A model generated the notes under the pieces. The model did no database searches and had not been told where the DNA came from. It was given only the letters and a program-made list of their open reading frames with translations. Below are positions 24,452 to 37,905 of a stretch of 64,000 nt of DNA, in pieces. Each line of letters begins with the position of its first letter. Within the stretch, counting starts at the first letter, position 1. Origin of the DNA: Isurus oxyrinchus (lineage: Eukaryota); contig JANJGN010000039.1 in NCBI GenBank assembly GCA_026770705.1, positions 10,602,001-10,666,000 of the forward strand, written 5' to 3'. The position numbers and the translations under genes are program-made.

Positions 24452-24658
24452 ATGGACACTGCACCGCGTTAGACTCTGTAAGCTGTTCCGCCTGCATGTT
24501 CCCAAAACACTTTGACTAAGTGCGAATATCGCCACTTACGGGACCTGTATGAACTGTGGTACTTAAAGATTTTTTGAGAGGTTATAAATTTGCACGTATA
24601 TCAGCTTGAAGCACTTTTTCATGTTGCAATATATTCTACGCTCTTTGAATGTGTTTAT

Positions 24659-24664
24659 AATAAA
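24659..24664 (+). terminator. Candidate polyadenylation signal of the ITIM receptor gene
   Basis: AATAAA ~210 nt after the stop, followed by T/GT-rich sequence; a second AATAAA at 24843. Confidence 0.55.
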
Positions 24665-25068
24665 CTTTGAATGAACTTTTTCTATATTTTGTGGCAATAA
24701 TCCAGATTGAAATTATTCAAAAAGTTACAATTTCAGTGTCGCTTTGATACAAATATCCAAGTTGGAACCATAAGCATAATTATTTCGTGGGCAATTTTCC
24801 GTCTGATAGGCTCAGCAGAATAGTTAGCAATTAGGTTCTTACAATAAATGCTCATTTAGTAGCACAGGACTGGAGTACTGCTGCTAAAATAGACCCACTG
24901 TCACAGCTTTTCGCCTTACGCTCATCAGGATAGCTCGTGACAAATTACCAACAGGAAAGGAGGAGTGATAATGAATACTCCAACTCTCACAGCAGTGACA
25001 CATCTAACGCCAGGCCGCCTCGTTTTGAACACACAGCGGAATTATTCCCTGTGTGTCATTCATCGCAG

Positions 25069-25170
25069 AGACTCTATTCTGAAGTGCTAGCGAATGACAA
25101 TGAGGAGATAGACCATATATCGTTGAACCTGGAAGCCCTCAGTCGGAAAGAAGAGGCCTCCACTGTTTAA
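25069..25170 (+). other. Duplicated ITIM exon (pseudo-exon or alternative last exon), ITIM Tyr>His
   Basis: Clear paralogue of 23702-23800 including the acceptor; RLYSEVLANDNEEIDHISLNLEALSRKEEASTV*. Confidence 0.75.
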
Positions 25171-28149
25171 TATTAAATCTTCCAGCCTCACGTACAGTCA
25201 TCTTAATTCAGCAGATGAAAACATGATTTTCAATTATGAATATTTTTTTTAAAAATCACTTTTTAAGAATACTGGCTGCTGAGTCATCGGAGAAATGTGG
25301 AAGCATATATCTCCGTGAGTCAATGGGGACATCGCTCCAGCAATGGCACTGGGCTGAATGAGCATTAAAACTATCCGCAAGATGAGATTTTTCATTATTT
25401 TCATTGGATTTGCTGAGAGTTAGTATCAGGATGCTGGAGTTGAAGTGTCCTTATTCTAATCTCCGAAAGTGTGCTGCTTTCATATTCACACACAATCGGG
25501 TAGTGACATCACTCACTGAACTTATTGGGGCAGAAGGCGTTTCACTTCCTGCTGCATCTCATTTACCTGAGTGAAGGCTTCAGGCCAGAGCTCCACTCGC
25601 TGGCCGCTTGCTGAACGTCGACTAGGGTGCCTTGAGGTGTATTTAAGTGGTGCAGTGTAGCTGAAACCGCAGCTGCACTTATTGCAGGAGGCTGAATCTG
25701 AGTTCTCTTGTATGGATTGTCTGTAAAAGGAAAAGGAGCAATGTGGAAGAGTGAAGGCGCTGACGGCAGTGTTGCAGTTCTTTAGTCCAGGGCTCTGCAG
25801 GAGGACCGAGGCCACTGTTCTGTTGTGGGCTGTGCAGGAGAACATGAAACAGAACGATCAGGATGAAAGGATTGCAGGGGGCGAAGGAGGGATGTTCGCA
25901 GAGTTTCTCCTCGAGGAACTAAACGCGTGTTACTCGATGTGAGACACCATTGTAGAGTCACTAGGACAGAGAAAGAAGACAAACGGATTTTCCATCAATG
26001 CAAGTTCCTGGGCAATAGATGTAGCCCCATCCTCCGCCCTATTCCCATGTCCTGCATGTTAATTTCCACCAAACAATGTTTATTTGATATCATGACTATA
26101 CCTGCTTCTACATTTAAAAGCAGCAAATTCCCAATCATTACCATCTGCTGCATCAAAGTTATTGTCCCCATCACCCTTACACACACCCTATGCCTACGCC
26201 TCAGTAACTCTTCACCTAAAGTCAAACTGAGGAGAACATACACAAGGTTGGAGTGTGGAACGAAAGCTGCTCGTGATATTCGAATCAGCACGTAAATATG
26301 TTACAGTTATATTAGGAAAAGCACGGTTGGCGTAAGCAGTGTTGGTCAGTTCAAAACTGATAATGATGTTCCTGTCAATGAAACTAATCAGGTAGCGGAC
26401 ACGCTGAATGGTAACCATGTTTCAGTTATTGAAGTTGAGGAATAGATCAGCCTGTCAGAGATCCCATGGAAACTATTCCTGAATCAGGTGCAGGAATTCA
26501 ACAAAGTTAATGTGAACAACAATAATATTAATAGACAAATTATAGACACATGGGAGGGGAAAATCTCCAAGACCAGAAGTTTTATTCCTAGGGTGTGAAA
26601 GGAAGTAAATGGGAACGTTGTAGATGCCTTAATCATAAATGTAACATTTTTCTCCACTCCTTTCACATAAAAGGAAAGTGACGGGGCAATCCCGTAAGAT
26701 AGAAATAAGGAGGCTTTTTTTTTTCACTGAAAGAAACACGCACCATTCGAGTTTTCATCCTTAAAGGCCAGTGGAAGCAGAACTTCTCAATAATATTTTA
26801 AGGCAGAACAAGATAAATTGCTGGGAGGCAAGATGGTGGAAATTTTATCAATGGTAGGAGCGAATGTAGAGATGATGATATGGTCAGGTCAGTCTTTATA
26901 TTATCAATTGTGAAGAAGTCACGAGGGGCCGAGTGGACTACTGTTCCTAATTCGTATCTTCATATGTTCGCATGTGTTATGTGATGGGGAGGGAAATCTG
27001 CTGCAAAGCTTGGAATCACCAATACGTTTTCACCTTGTTTAGCGACAAACACAAGCAGGAATAGAAACCACAGAGAGGTTCATATGACAACGGGGGTTAT
27101 AAATGCTGAGTTAGTGACATTGAACATGTTCAGCATGCTTGTTGGGATTGTGAGATCGTGTTTTCCTTCGGACGAAATGAGACGACAATAATCTTGTCAT
27201 AAGACGGTAGACATTTGTTGAGGAGGGAGGTGGGGGGAGAGAAAGAGAGAGTGAAATGCCGCTAGACGGAGTGTAACTTTATCATTTGCAGTAAGATTTT
27301 TCAAATGTAACTTTATTTTTCAACTCCTGCATCTGGTTTAACTTTTATTTGTCTGTAGAGCATTTTAACTTAATTTTATATATTCGCTCATAATTTAATT
27401 GTGTACTTTATTTTTCCTTCCATTTCGACCCATTCCTGAGCATAATTATTTCTTTCATTTTATCGTTCCTGCTTTTCCTGTCATTGTACTTACTGTTGAG
27501 TTTTGCCTTAAGCCCTGAATTCTAGGCTACCCAATCTCGTAGAGACCAGCCTTCCTTCTAAGTTCTGGTGAAATAGCTTGCTCCTTTTTAAATATAATTT
27601 TACAATCATTATGGTTATTAATCCTAATTTGCTTGAAAAAATGTCTTCGATTCTGTTCTCTATGGTTCAGCTTTTTAGCACGTACTCATTTACGCTCAAA
27701 AGCCTTTTTGCTTGACAGTGTTTTTAGTTTCAAATATGCTTCTGCACTGGTAGTTCTGTGTTGCTGAATCTGTTCTCCATGTATTACTTCTCCTCCATTG
27801 TTTTGATCATCTTTTTAGTATTTCATACTGCTGTGCTCCCTCTCTGATCATCCACATGTAATAGATGAACGTCATATGTTGCATTTAATGGAGCCCATCA
27901 TTAACCTTTTCATAGAATTGTCGAAAATTACAACACGGCGTCTTCACAGGCCAAAAATGAAACGTCCAGCTTCATCCCAATTTCAAACTCAATCTGTAGC
28001 CCTGCTGTTTACAGCACTTGAGGTGTATATCAATACATTAATTGGGTTGTGGGTTTTGTTCCTCTGCTGCCTTTCCGGGCAGTAAGTTCAAGGCACCCAC
28101 ATACCTCTGGGTAAGAAGAAAACATGCCTTTTTTTAAAGCAATCCTCTT

Positions 28150-29680
28150 ACCTGGGCGTCGCTGGCCAAGTTATCAAGCTTTTGCCGACCCATAAATGCA
28201 CTTGGCATGGTGCCTGGTGAGCTGCCCTCATGAACGGCTACATACCTTGTGATGTGTGTAAACCCACAATGCTGTTCTGGGAGACGCCCAGCTCCTGCGC
28301 CAGCTGCAGCAAATGGAAGGTGACATGTTTTAAATTGATGATGATGTGTGGATTGAAGGGGAACTCACAGGCGGTGGTTTTCCCGTGCATCTGCTTTTCT
28401 TGTCCGTCTAAATGCTAGCAGTTGTGGATTTCTTTGTGGCTGTCTAAGGGTCTTGCGCCTTCTTGGATCCATCTTGTCAATAGTACACAGCTCTGTAACT
28501 ATGGGTCAGTGTTGGAGGGAGAGTGTATATGTGAATATAGTGCCAATCAATGTTTTGTCCTGGATGATTTCAAGCTTCTTCCGTGTTGGAGCTGCCCATC
28601 TCCAGGCAATTTCAAAGCATTCCATAAGAAACCTCTCGTGTGCCCTCAAGATTGTGGACAAGAATCTGGGAGCTGTTGGCCGGAGTAGTATTAGCCTCTG
28701 GCCGGTAATTGAAGCCGAGGTATTGATATGGCAGCCAATTCAGTCACTGATCAGTGATAAATTCCACGCTGTTGAATGTGGGGACTACAGTGATGGCAGT
28801 GCCATTCAATGTCAAAGGCATTGTTAGATTCGGGACATTGCCTGTCAACTGTGTGCGGTGGATTCTACTTGCCACTTGAAAGCCAAAGCTTGCATATTGT
28901 GCAAGTGATGGCATATTTGTATCTGGATTGCTTCAGTGTCTGAGGACTCACGAATGGCACTAAACATTGTGCAGTGAACATCTCCACTTGTAACCTTATG
29001 ATGGCAATAAGGACATTGATGATGCAGCTGAGATGGCTGGCCGAGGACACAACAATATGGAACTTATGCAGTGATGCACTCGGGCTGGGACCATTGACCT
29101 CCAGAAACCACAAATATCTTGCTTTGAGCTAGGTATGAATTAAACCACCGGGAATTTTTCCCTCTTTAGTATTGACTCCAAATATTCTCGGGCGTCATGA
29201 TGTCACACTCTGTCAAATGCTGCCTTGATGCTAGAGGCAGCAATTCTTACTTCGTCTCTGAATATTAATCAGTATCTATTCTTTGACTAAGGCTGTATTG
29301 TGCTCAAGGGCTGAGTGATCCGAGCAGAAAAAAAACACATCAGCGAATATGTTATTGCTAATTAAACGCTGCTTCATTATATATTCATAACGCCTTCTAT
29401 CACCACTTCACGTGGAAAGCAAACTGGTGGTACAACAGTTGACTGGGTTGGATTTGCCCGGTTTTTTTTACGACAGAACGTACCTGAGCAATTGCCCATG
29501 TTTCCAGGTATATGCCAGTTTTGCCGCTGTACTGGAAGGGCTTAGCAATGGGCGCGACAAGTACTGTAACACAGGTCCTCAGTGATATTGCTGGAATATT
29601 GTTAAGATCCATTGTCCTTGTGTATCCTCTGCCTTCAGTCATTTCGTGATATCACGTGGAATGAATCGAATTGGCAGAGG
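28150..29680 (-). mobile_element. Degenerate HER1/CR1-type LINE 3' portion
   Basis: Begins with the same tail as 17225; translation remnant NNIPAI.L.TC..VL.APIAKPFQYS..TGIY..W.IAQV. Confidence 0.8.
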
Positions 29681-29689
29681 AATGTCCCC

Positions 29690-30610
29690 CTCTACTCTTT
29701 GAACAAACATCGTAAGTATATGTCCGCTCGTCACTGATCTCTCCGTTCATACAAATAGACGGTTGCACCCATTCTATCCTGGCTCCACACAGTTTTGTAC
29801 ATCTCAATTAAATCTCACCAAGTCTCCTCAGTTTCAAGGAGACGAAGCCCTAGCCGATCCAATCTTTCCTCAAAGCTTTAATTTTCCAGTCCTAGCAACA
29901 TCCTTAGAAATATTTTCTCTACCCTCTTTAATGCAATTGCATCCTTTCTGTAATATGGCGACCTGGCCTGCGCACAGCATTAAGGTTTGCTTCCAAGTAA
30001 TGTTTTAGATAGTTCCAGCATAACCTCCGTACTGTTATATTATGTGTCTCGGTTAAAAAACATGGAAGCATTCCAGATAGCTTCTCAGCCGCCTCACCAA
30101 CTTTTCCTCCTGCGTTCGGGCATGAGTGGGCTATCCCTTCAAGATCCAGAATCCTCAAGACCTCTTATTATCATTCCATTTATTGCGCAATAATTTCCTT
30201 TGTTTGGCCTTATTAAATGCATCGCCTCACAGTTCTGTGGGTTGAATTCCACTTGAAACGTTTCTGTCCACCTGACCAGTCCGTGAATACCTTGCTGCAA
30301 TCTACAGAATTCCTTCTCGCTATCAAACGCTCGGTCAATTTTTTTGAGGCCTACAACTTCTTTCTCAGTCCCGCGACATTTGTAACTAAAACCATTAATA
30401 AACGCCATACAAAGCAGAGTTACAACTGAGAAGTCCAGATGAAGCTCAATGGGAACAGCTCTCGGGTCACAAAAGCACCCGTCATTAATTATTCTTTGTT
30501 TTCAATGAATTAGTTTCATATCCAGCTTTTTACATTGTCCTGGAACATATGGGCTTCCATATATTTTAACCAATCAGCCATGTGCGATTTCGTCAAATAA
30601 ACTTGTTCCA
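29690..30610 (-). mobile_element. Degenerate CR1-type LINE RT fragment
   Basis: RLQQGIHGLVRW...FQVEFNPQNCEAMH (cf. LQ.DID.LV.W...WQMEFNP.KCEVMH). Confidence 0.8.
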
Positions 30611-32769
30611 ACAAATTATTAATTCAATCAACCATAATCACTAATATCAAGTTCTCCAATCTATTCGTAGAACTTGTAATAATTATTTTTAGACATATTA
30701 ATATTATTATTGCATTCATATTTCTAAATCTGGCTCATAATGCTTGAAATTACAACTGGACCCTTTCCGAACGCAAGGCATTTAAACATTTCATGACTTT
30801 GCACACATATTTTGCTCCAATTTTCTCCAATGTTAGTTGGGCTGTAGAATGCACATAGCGTTACTTAAACGGTCTGTGTTCCACCCTTCGTCGAGCAGCC
30901 TGTTTGCCAGATGGAAATACGGTTTGTAGCAAGAACCGTTTGCTGCCAATTATTTTAATGCTGAAGGAACATTTAGAAACTGACGACAGCGCTTCAGTTA
31001 CAGAGACAGGCTGTGGAAATTAAGGTTGGGTCGAGGGGGAGGGGAAGCAGAGAAGATGACCAGAGCGAAACACATTGAACACATGTACTCATCAGGACAT
31101 GTGCTAATGATGCAGAATTAGGTTATTTTGTTAACATACTTTGAAGCCCCGTTCAATTTACTTGTATATCGTCATTTTTTGCCAAACGTTGAACTCTCCA
31201 TGTAAACTTTCATTCCACCAGCATCAACATATTTGATCGAAAGATTTCTGATTTTATTCAAAGACCGAGCAACCTGCTGCTTTCTGTGGAGAAAATTCCA
31301 CAGATTCCCAACGCTTTTCAGTGAAGAAATTTGCTCACATCTTACTGATAAATGGCTAACCCTTGCCGCGATTTTCCAGTGTTTTGATTATCCATTTACG
31401 TTCAATAATCAGCGACAGATGCATAACACAGTAACAAAACGAGTTCAGGTTTGGAATTGGGTGAGGTGTTGAAGTGGGTCTGCGGCAGAGGTTAAAAGCA
31501 AAAGGAAGATTCTTACCAACAAAAAGACAAAAGAAGGTCAGATAAAGGAATAGATCTATTTGGTTTTCATCATCTTCTCCTTGATTGTTATTTTACTGAC
31601 GACAGGCAATTGGCTTCCAATATAGTTTTACGCAGTTTCATGCAAGCGTCCTCGTTCCTTGTTCCTGTTTGGGTAAACCAAAGCCCCTGTGCATTTCTAT
31701 ATTCAAGCGTTTCAAAACTTGAACATACTTCTGTTTACTGACTTTATTGTTAATATGTAAAAATTTTACTTTTTAATATCAGACAGCATCTGACTCCTTG
31801 TTTCACCCTTTATTTAAAATGTGCGTATCTAATTGGAGTCCATTTCTTTTCTCCTTATAGTTGACATTTCTTTTCGTCTGTTGACGCTTTCCAGATGTAA
31901 ATACATTAGTCTCCATCAGCTGATCGTTAATACCAGTTGCGAATGGCAGAGTCGCAAGCAGTAGTCCCTCTGGTGCATCCAAAGTTCCAGCCTGACAAGT
32001 TGAAAATACCCCACCTGTTCCATCTCCCTGCTGCTTCCCTGTTACCATTTCTCCATCAATAATATCCTGACTACTTCAACTCTGCTCTTGCCTGTCACGA
32101 TTTTCCGTGTCACTACACAGTCCAGACAGCTTCATGTCGAGAACGACAGCCTTTGATAGAATGAGGTAGAAAGAGAGAAAAGGTTAAAGGCCGAAAGGCA
32201 CTGCAGACATGTGGTCATATGAACTTCAATTGTAGGAGCTGCGAAGGCGACTTGTTCCTTGGAGCTTACTTTCCCACTCACATTCAACATGCCTGATCTT
32301 TTAACTTCGCTCTACTTGTAAAAAAATTCCCAACACCTTTAATCCACTTTGTACCAAAAACACCACTGATTTTTTTATTGTAAAAACTCAAAGTCCGAGC
32401 ATCAGCAGCTCTCTGCGGTTGAGAATGTCAAAGATTCTCAAACTTTTAATTGAAGAAATTTGAATATATTTTGAACTAAATTGCTGTCAGTTATTCTGCG
32501 CCTACAAATTCTCAATTATCCAGCCAACAGATGAATTCATGAAAGATCACATTTGGGAGAGATGGTCGATTAGACGTGGAGGCAGATCTGAGGGGGATGT
32601 TAAGCATAATCAGTCAAAATCCACCTGATTAATTGCAAAATCATTTCGGAACTAATTTCACTGTCGCAGTCTGGCTCATCCAGAGAAGCTGATTTTAAAA
32701 AGTGGTTTGAAAGCTGATTTTTTTGTGTTAAATATGGTTTGTGTGCATGCTCCGCTACTAAAAAAGTGT

Positions 32770-33910
32770 TTAACCAAGGGCTGAACTAAGAACAGAGAAG
32801 CGGGGCGGTATTCGGGAGTTCAAAAGAAGCGCGAGAGGAGCTGGGAGTTGATAAGATGCACGACAGGAGTCCGGAGTTGAAGAGAAGCCGGGAGGAGTGG
32901 TGGGTTGTAAAAGAGTTGGGAGAGCACTATCGACTAATGGAGTTCAGTGACGAGGGAACGAGATCTTCCTGTGAGTACAGTAAGGCAACGATTTGCTACT
33001 TTTATCGCATATACTTATTGAAGTTTCATTTTGTGGTTCATCGTTTGTCAGGGTTTTATTCTGTAACAACGAGGAGCCTTAGATTAATTGATATTATGTG
33101 ATATTAAATATATTCCTAAAGGTTTCATTTAAATTAAGTGGGTAAGCCTGGCAGGAGGGCTCAAAGCCATGGTGTGTTCCTCCTGCTCTGTGTGGGAAGC
33201 CTGGAACACTTCCAAAGCCCGGGTCCAGCATGTGTGCACAAAGTGTCGCCAGCTGCATATATTAGAAGCCCGGGTTTCGGAGCTGGAGCGGCGTGTAGGG
33301 ACACTGTGTTGCATCCATGAGGCACAGAGTATCTTGAATGGCACGTGGTCACACCACAGGCTTAGAGTCCTCAGACAGGAAGGGAAGGGGTAACCACCAG
33401 TCATAGCAAGAAGACTAGACAGAGAGTGCAGGAATCTCCTGTGGCAATTCCACTGCAAAACAGATATGCTGCTATGGAAACGTTTGGAGGTAGTGGCCTC
33501 TCAGGAGAAAGCAGCAGCAGTCAAATTCGTTGCCCCACGGTTGGATTTGTTGCACAGGGGATGAGTAAAAATTGTAGGGATGCAATTGTAAAAGGTGATT
33601 CAATTGTAAGGGGAATAGATAGACGTTTATGTGGTTGCAAACGAGGCTCTAGGTTGGTATCTAGCCTCCCTGATGCTGGGGTGAAGGATGTCTCAGAGCG
33701 GCTAAAAGACATCCTGAAGTGAGAGGGTGAACATACAATGGCCGTGGTACTCGTTCTTACAAACGACATAGGTCAATGCCGGGATTAGCTTCTAATAGCA
33801 GGATGCAAGGAATTAGGAAGTATGTTGAAAAGTAGGACCTCAAATGATTGATCTCAGGATTACTACTTTTGTGACGTGGTAGCCAGAGCAGAAATCACAG
33901 GACATGTCGG
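32770..33910 (+). mobile_element. 5' end of a CR1-type LINE: decayed ORF1 (Zn-finger/coiled coil + SGNH esterase-like domain)
   Basis: VCSSCSVWE...VCTKCRQLHILEARVSELERRV; PLQNRY; IVKGDSIVRGIDRRLCG...LPDAGVKDVSERL; in-frame stops at 33391 and 33720. Confidence 0.85.
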
Positions 33911-34139
33911 ATGTTTTCCGGAGAACATTTCAAGGTCTTATCATTCTCTCGTTATTTTTCTGTCTTTTCTTTGCATCCAAGCAATATTGTCCCCATTTCC
34001 TTTGTTTCTGCTCATGCTAGCCATTGAATCCTAAATACAAATAGGGCCGCTCATTTGTGTCACTTAAACAGTCTCCTTCAAACTTACCCAGATAGGAATG
34101 GCCACCCCCTTTCACAGATCACTGCAGCACAGTCCATAT

Positions 34140-34620
34140 CTGCCCTCAATGTGCGGTGCCAGGCCCGGTCGCCACAATTTTCCAAACCCGAGGCACGGCT
34201 CTGTCTGCTTTACTCTTACATCGAAGCACATGCACCTTGGTACCTCCATTCTATCAAATTCTTTGGGACAGTGACATTCCATCTCTATTTCCCCTCACTA
34301 CCACTTGTGCCAAATTCTATTATTTTCACTGCAATACATTAAATTGCATCTGCTAATCCACTGCACATTCTGGTCGTCTCTCCATGTCCAATTGCAACGG
34401 ATTCGTATCATCCTCACATGTTTAACTCCCACCATGTCTGCATCACGAACACTTTTTGAGACGTTGTGCTGTAATCCAAGATTCAACTGGTATATGTCGA
34501 CCAAAAATAAAACAAACCCGGATTCTTTGGAACGCCAACGGCTACCATCATCCAGACTGATGGAAAACGATAACAAACAGTTCCTGTTTTCTGTGCATTA
34601 CTGCAATTGATGCAATTGGA
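34140..34620 (-). mobile_element. Highly degenerate CR1-type LINE RT fragment
   Basis: Remnants such as DIYQLNLG..NVSKSVRDA and QMQFNV (cf. ISKFADDT, WQMQFN). Confidence 0.55.
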
Positions 34621-35364
34621 AAGCGACTCCTCCCCCTCCCACAATTCGCGTCTCTGTCATTTTTAACGAGCGTAAATGTTCTTAAGCAGCCTTATCTGCG
34701 ATTAGTTGTGAATTAATATCTCAAAGTCCACTTCATTAATTCATTAATTTTCTCTGTTGTGATATCAAAATGCAAGTAGTTTGTGCAAGCATATTCTTAT
34801 TTTAAGGCATGGTGTTACAAACCAGTGACCATTCTTAATTAAACTCAACTGTCTCTAATTCCCGGCTATACTCTTGGCAGTCAGGGCAGGTTAAAGTATT
34901 CGTTTAATGCTGCAGTTGAAGAGTTAGAGCAGAGATTTAGAGAGAGTGGGGAGCTGATCATGAACAGGTGATTTTTATTTTAAAAAAGAGGAGTAGTTGA
35001 GTTGCTAGGGCAGAAAGGTAAAAGAGCGGGAGCTGAGCTGCCAGAGGAGAGATTTAAAAAGAGCTACAGCGAGATATTCAAAGCACGGATTAGAAAGTCA
35101 CTGCTCCCCCATAACAGATTTAAAAATATTAGGAGTTAGATAATCAAAACACAGATAGGAAAGTAAAAGGCGCTCTTCTCCCAAAGCAGAGATTAATAAA
35201 AGTAAGGAAGCTGAATAGGTAGAGCATAGCTTTATAAGAAGCAGGAAGTATTGTCTAGGACATTGATTTTGCTGCAGTACAACAGAGCTGTCAGACTGGA
35301 GAAACGCAGTATCTGTGCAGTCACAGAGACAATACTTATTTATTATTATTGATTAAGGGGGTTT

Positions 35365-36330
35365 CAGCATCAATCGTTCTCACAGCATTCATTGCCCAGA
35401 CGTAGGTACCCTTGAGAATATGGTGGTGAGCTCCCTTCTTGAATCGCAGCAGGTAACCGTACAGCCAATATGCTCATAAGCAGGGAGATCCTGGAATTTG
35501 ACCCAACTACAGTGATGGAACAGGGACATCTTTTCAAACAGGCTGGTGTGTAGCTTGGAGGGGAACATCCAAATCGTTGTGTTCCCATGTATCTGCTGCC
35601 CATTATTCTTCTAGATGGTTCCGGTCGTGGGTTTGGACTGTAATGTTAAAGGTTACTTTGGAAATTCAGGCAGTGCACCTTTCAGTTAAAACACACTGCT
35701 TCTTTTGTTCATCGGTTGTGGAGGGAGTCAACTTTTATTGAGTTGGTGTCAATCTACAGCTGATTTATCCCAGAAGCTGTCGTGCATCTTGGATGCTTTG
35801 CAGCTATACGCACCCAATCAAGTGGGGAGTATATCATCACAATCCTATCATCTGTGTTGTAGATGGTGGAATGGAATTGGGGAGTCAGGAGGTGTGTTAC
35901 TCGCCGCAGGATATCTTGTCTCTGAACTGCAATTGTAGACGTTCTGTTTATATGGCCAATCCAGTTCTGTTTCTGGTCATTGATAAGCGTTACAATGCTG
36001 TTAGTGCGACTTTCAGCGATGGTAATGCCATTGAATGCTGATGGTCAATGGTTTGATTTTCTCTTTTGGAGATATTCATTGTCTGGTACTTGTATGTTGT
36101 CAATGTCCTTTCCCTCTCCTCAGCCAAAGCCTGAACATGCTGCATTTGGCCATGGACAACCTTATTATCTCAGGAGTGACGAACTGAGTTGAGCATTGCG
36201 TAATCATCAGCGAACATCCCCATTTCCAACCTTAAGGTGGAGAGAAGGTCATTGTTGATGGAGCTAAACATCGTTGTGTCTTGGACATTACCCTGAGGAA
36301 CTGATGTTCCCTCAGGAACTAAAATGACTT
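35365..36330 (-). mobile_element. HER1/CR1-type LINE 3' portion
   Basis: Same tail and body as 17225 and 28150; atcatcagcgaacatcccc encodes GMFADD on the minus strand. Confidence 0.8.
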
Positions 36331-37905
36331 GGAGCTGAGCAGTCGAGATGTATATTTAGAAAGTGCACGTGCCTAAAAGAAAGAGCAACGATTTAGAAAA
36401 GAGTTGTAGCTGAGCTGGCAGTGTGGGCATTTAGTAATTCAGGCCCTAAGCAGCCTGTGTGAAGATGTCAGAAACACGGTAGCTGCTCAAAAAGACGGAT
36501 CACGTATGGTTTTCTGTAAGAGTAATTAAAGATTGGCAATAATTGTTTTTCTTGACAACTATGCCCCTCATGCCATGACCTAACCTGTCGTCTTTTTAAT
36601 GTTCAATTATTCAAGGACAGTGGTTGTAGTTTTCTATTTAATGCCACTTTAATTGGCAGTTTTTCTGGACAATCATTTTACCGGGTGATTAGGGTGGTGA
36701 ATTAGGAATCGTCAAGACGTAATTGTATTAATATCTTTGAAAAGCGAATGACCCACATAACAGGGAGAAGCCGGATAGTGACTTCCGGCTGCATCTTCCT
36801 TAAGAGAGACAATAAGGAAAGGAGGGGCCAAATGATCTGCTTCTGTGCTGTAGACTGTATATGGTTGCATTCTATGCACGGCATTTAAGTTCAGTAAATT
36901 ATAAGAATATGCGACGAGAAGAATTACATTATAATTTTTCACATTCAATATGCGTAGGTATACAGGGAAGGAATGTAATGTTGGGGCCATGTGTAGTCAG
37001 ACGTTTCTTGGCTGGGAATTCGTGCAGATACCTGGTTGAAGCGTCACTCGCTATATCAACTCATACATACGGAATCAAGTCATACATATGGAAATATTCG
37101 AGAATTATGATAACAGCCATTTGGTGTGTGTGTGTGTGTGAAAAGACCGGATAACATGGAACAGAGAATGTTGTGAATGAGCATGTGGGGAGGAGATAGC
37201 CTCAGTAATCGTGAAAAAAACAAGTATGAGCAATTTGCGCTTTCAAATGAATTGGAGGGAAATCGGATTTAAAAGTTCAGAATCCAATATATGGAGTCGT
37301 CTCTCAGTTAAACGGATCATGGTAATGAGTGATCAATTGCGCCACTGCCCGTCCTTTCCCAAAACACGTGATGACCAGGCCTTCCTTGTTTTAATCATGT
37401 GAGGTAAATGGAAATCTGAGAAGCAGCACATTGCGCAACTGTTCGATATTTGGAGGGTGCCAGACTTCGTGAAACATGTTCTGAAAATTCCCTCTATGTA
37501 CCAATTGCCCCAGAATAGACGTCGTAGAAAATTTGCCATGTTTGTCTAAGTTGCATTTGTCGAGTTGTCGTGATCCAGCTGCTGATGCTTGGGTCTTCCC
37601 TTGTTGATCAGAACAACTGTTCCAATGAACACAAGGCTGTAAAAACCTGGCATCACAATTCATCCTTTCAAACTCTGCAACACTAACAGGAGCTGTTCAG
37701 TATTATTATTATTATTATTTATTATTATTGTTATCACAACTTACAATTCACCATTGAGTAGTGTGTACTATCAAAAAGAGGTCATTATATTTTAACAGAG
37801 CATTTTAAGTTGGATACCTTTTTTAGTAGAATATTAAACGTTGGTACAAGCGTTATTCTAACATGAGTTGTTTCAGGGCACAATGTTTATGTCCGCCTGT
37901 AAAGG

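Noticed and set aside
33169-33722. Zinc-finger/esterase as a host gene
   Set aside because: Matches CR1 LINE ORF1 architecture and is interrupted by stops.
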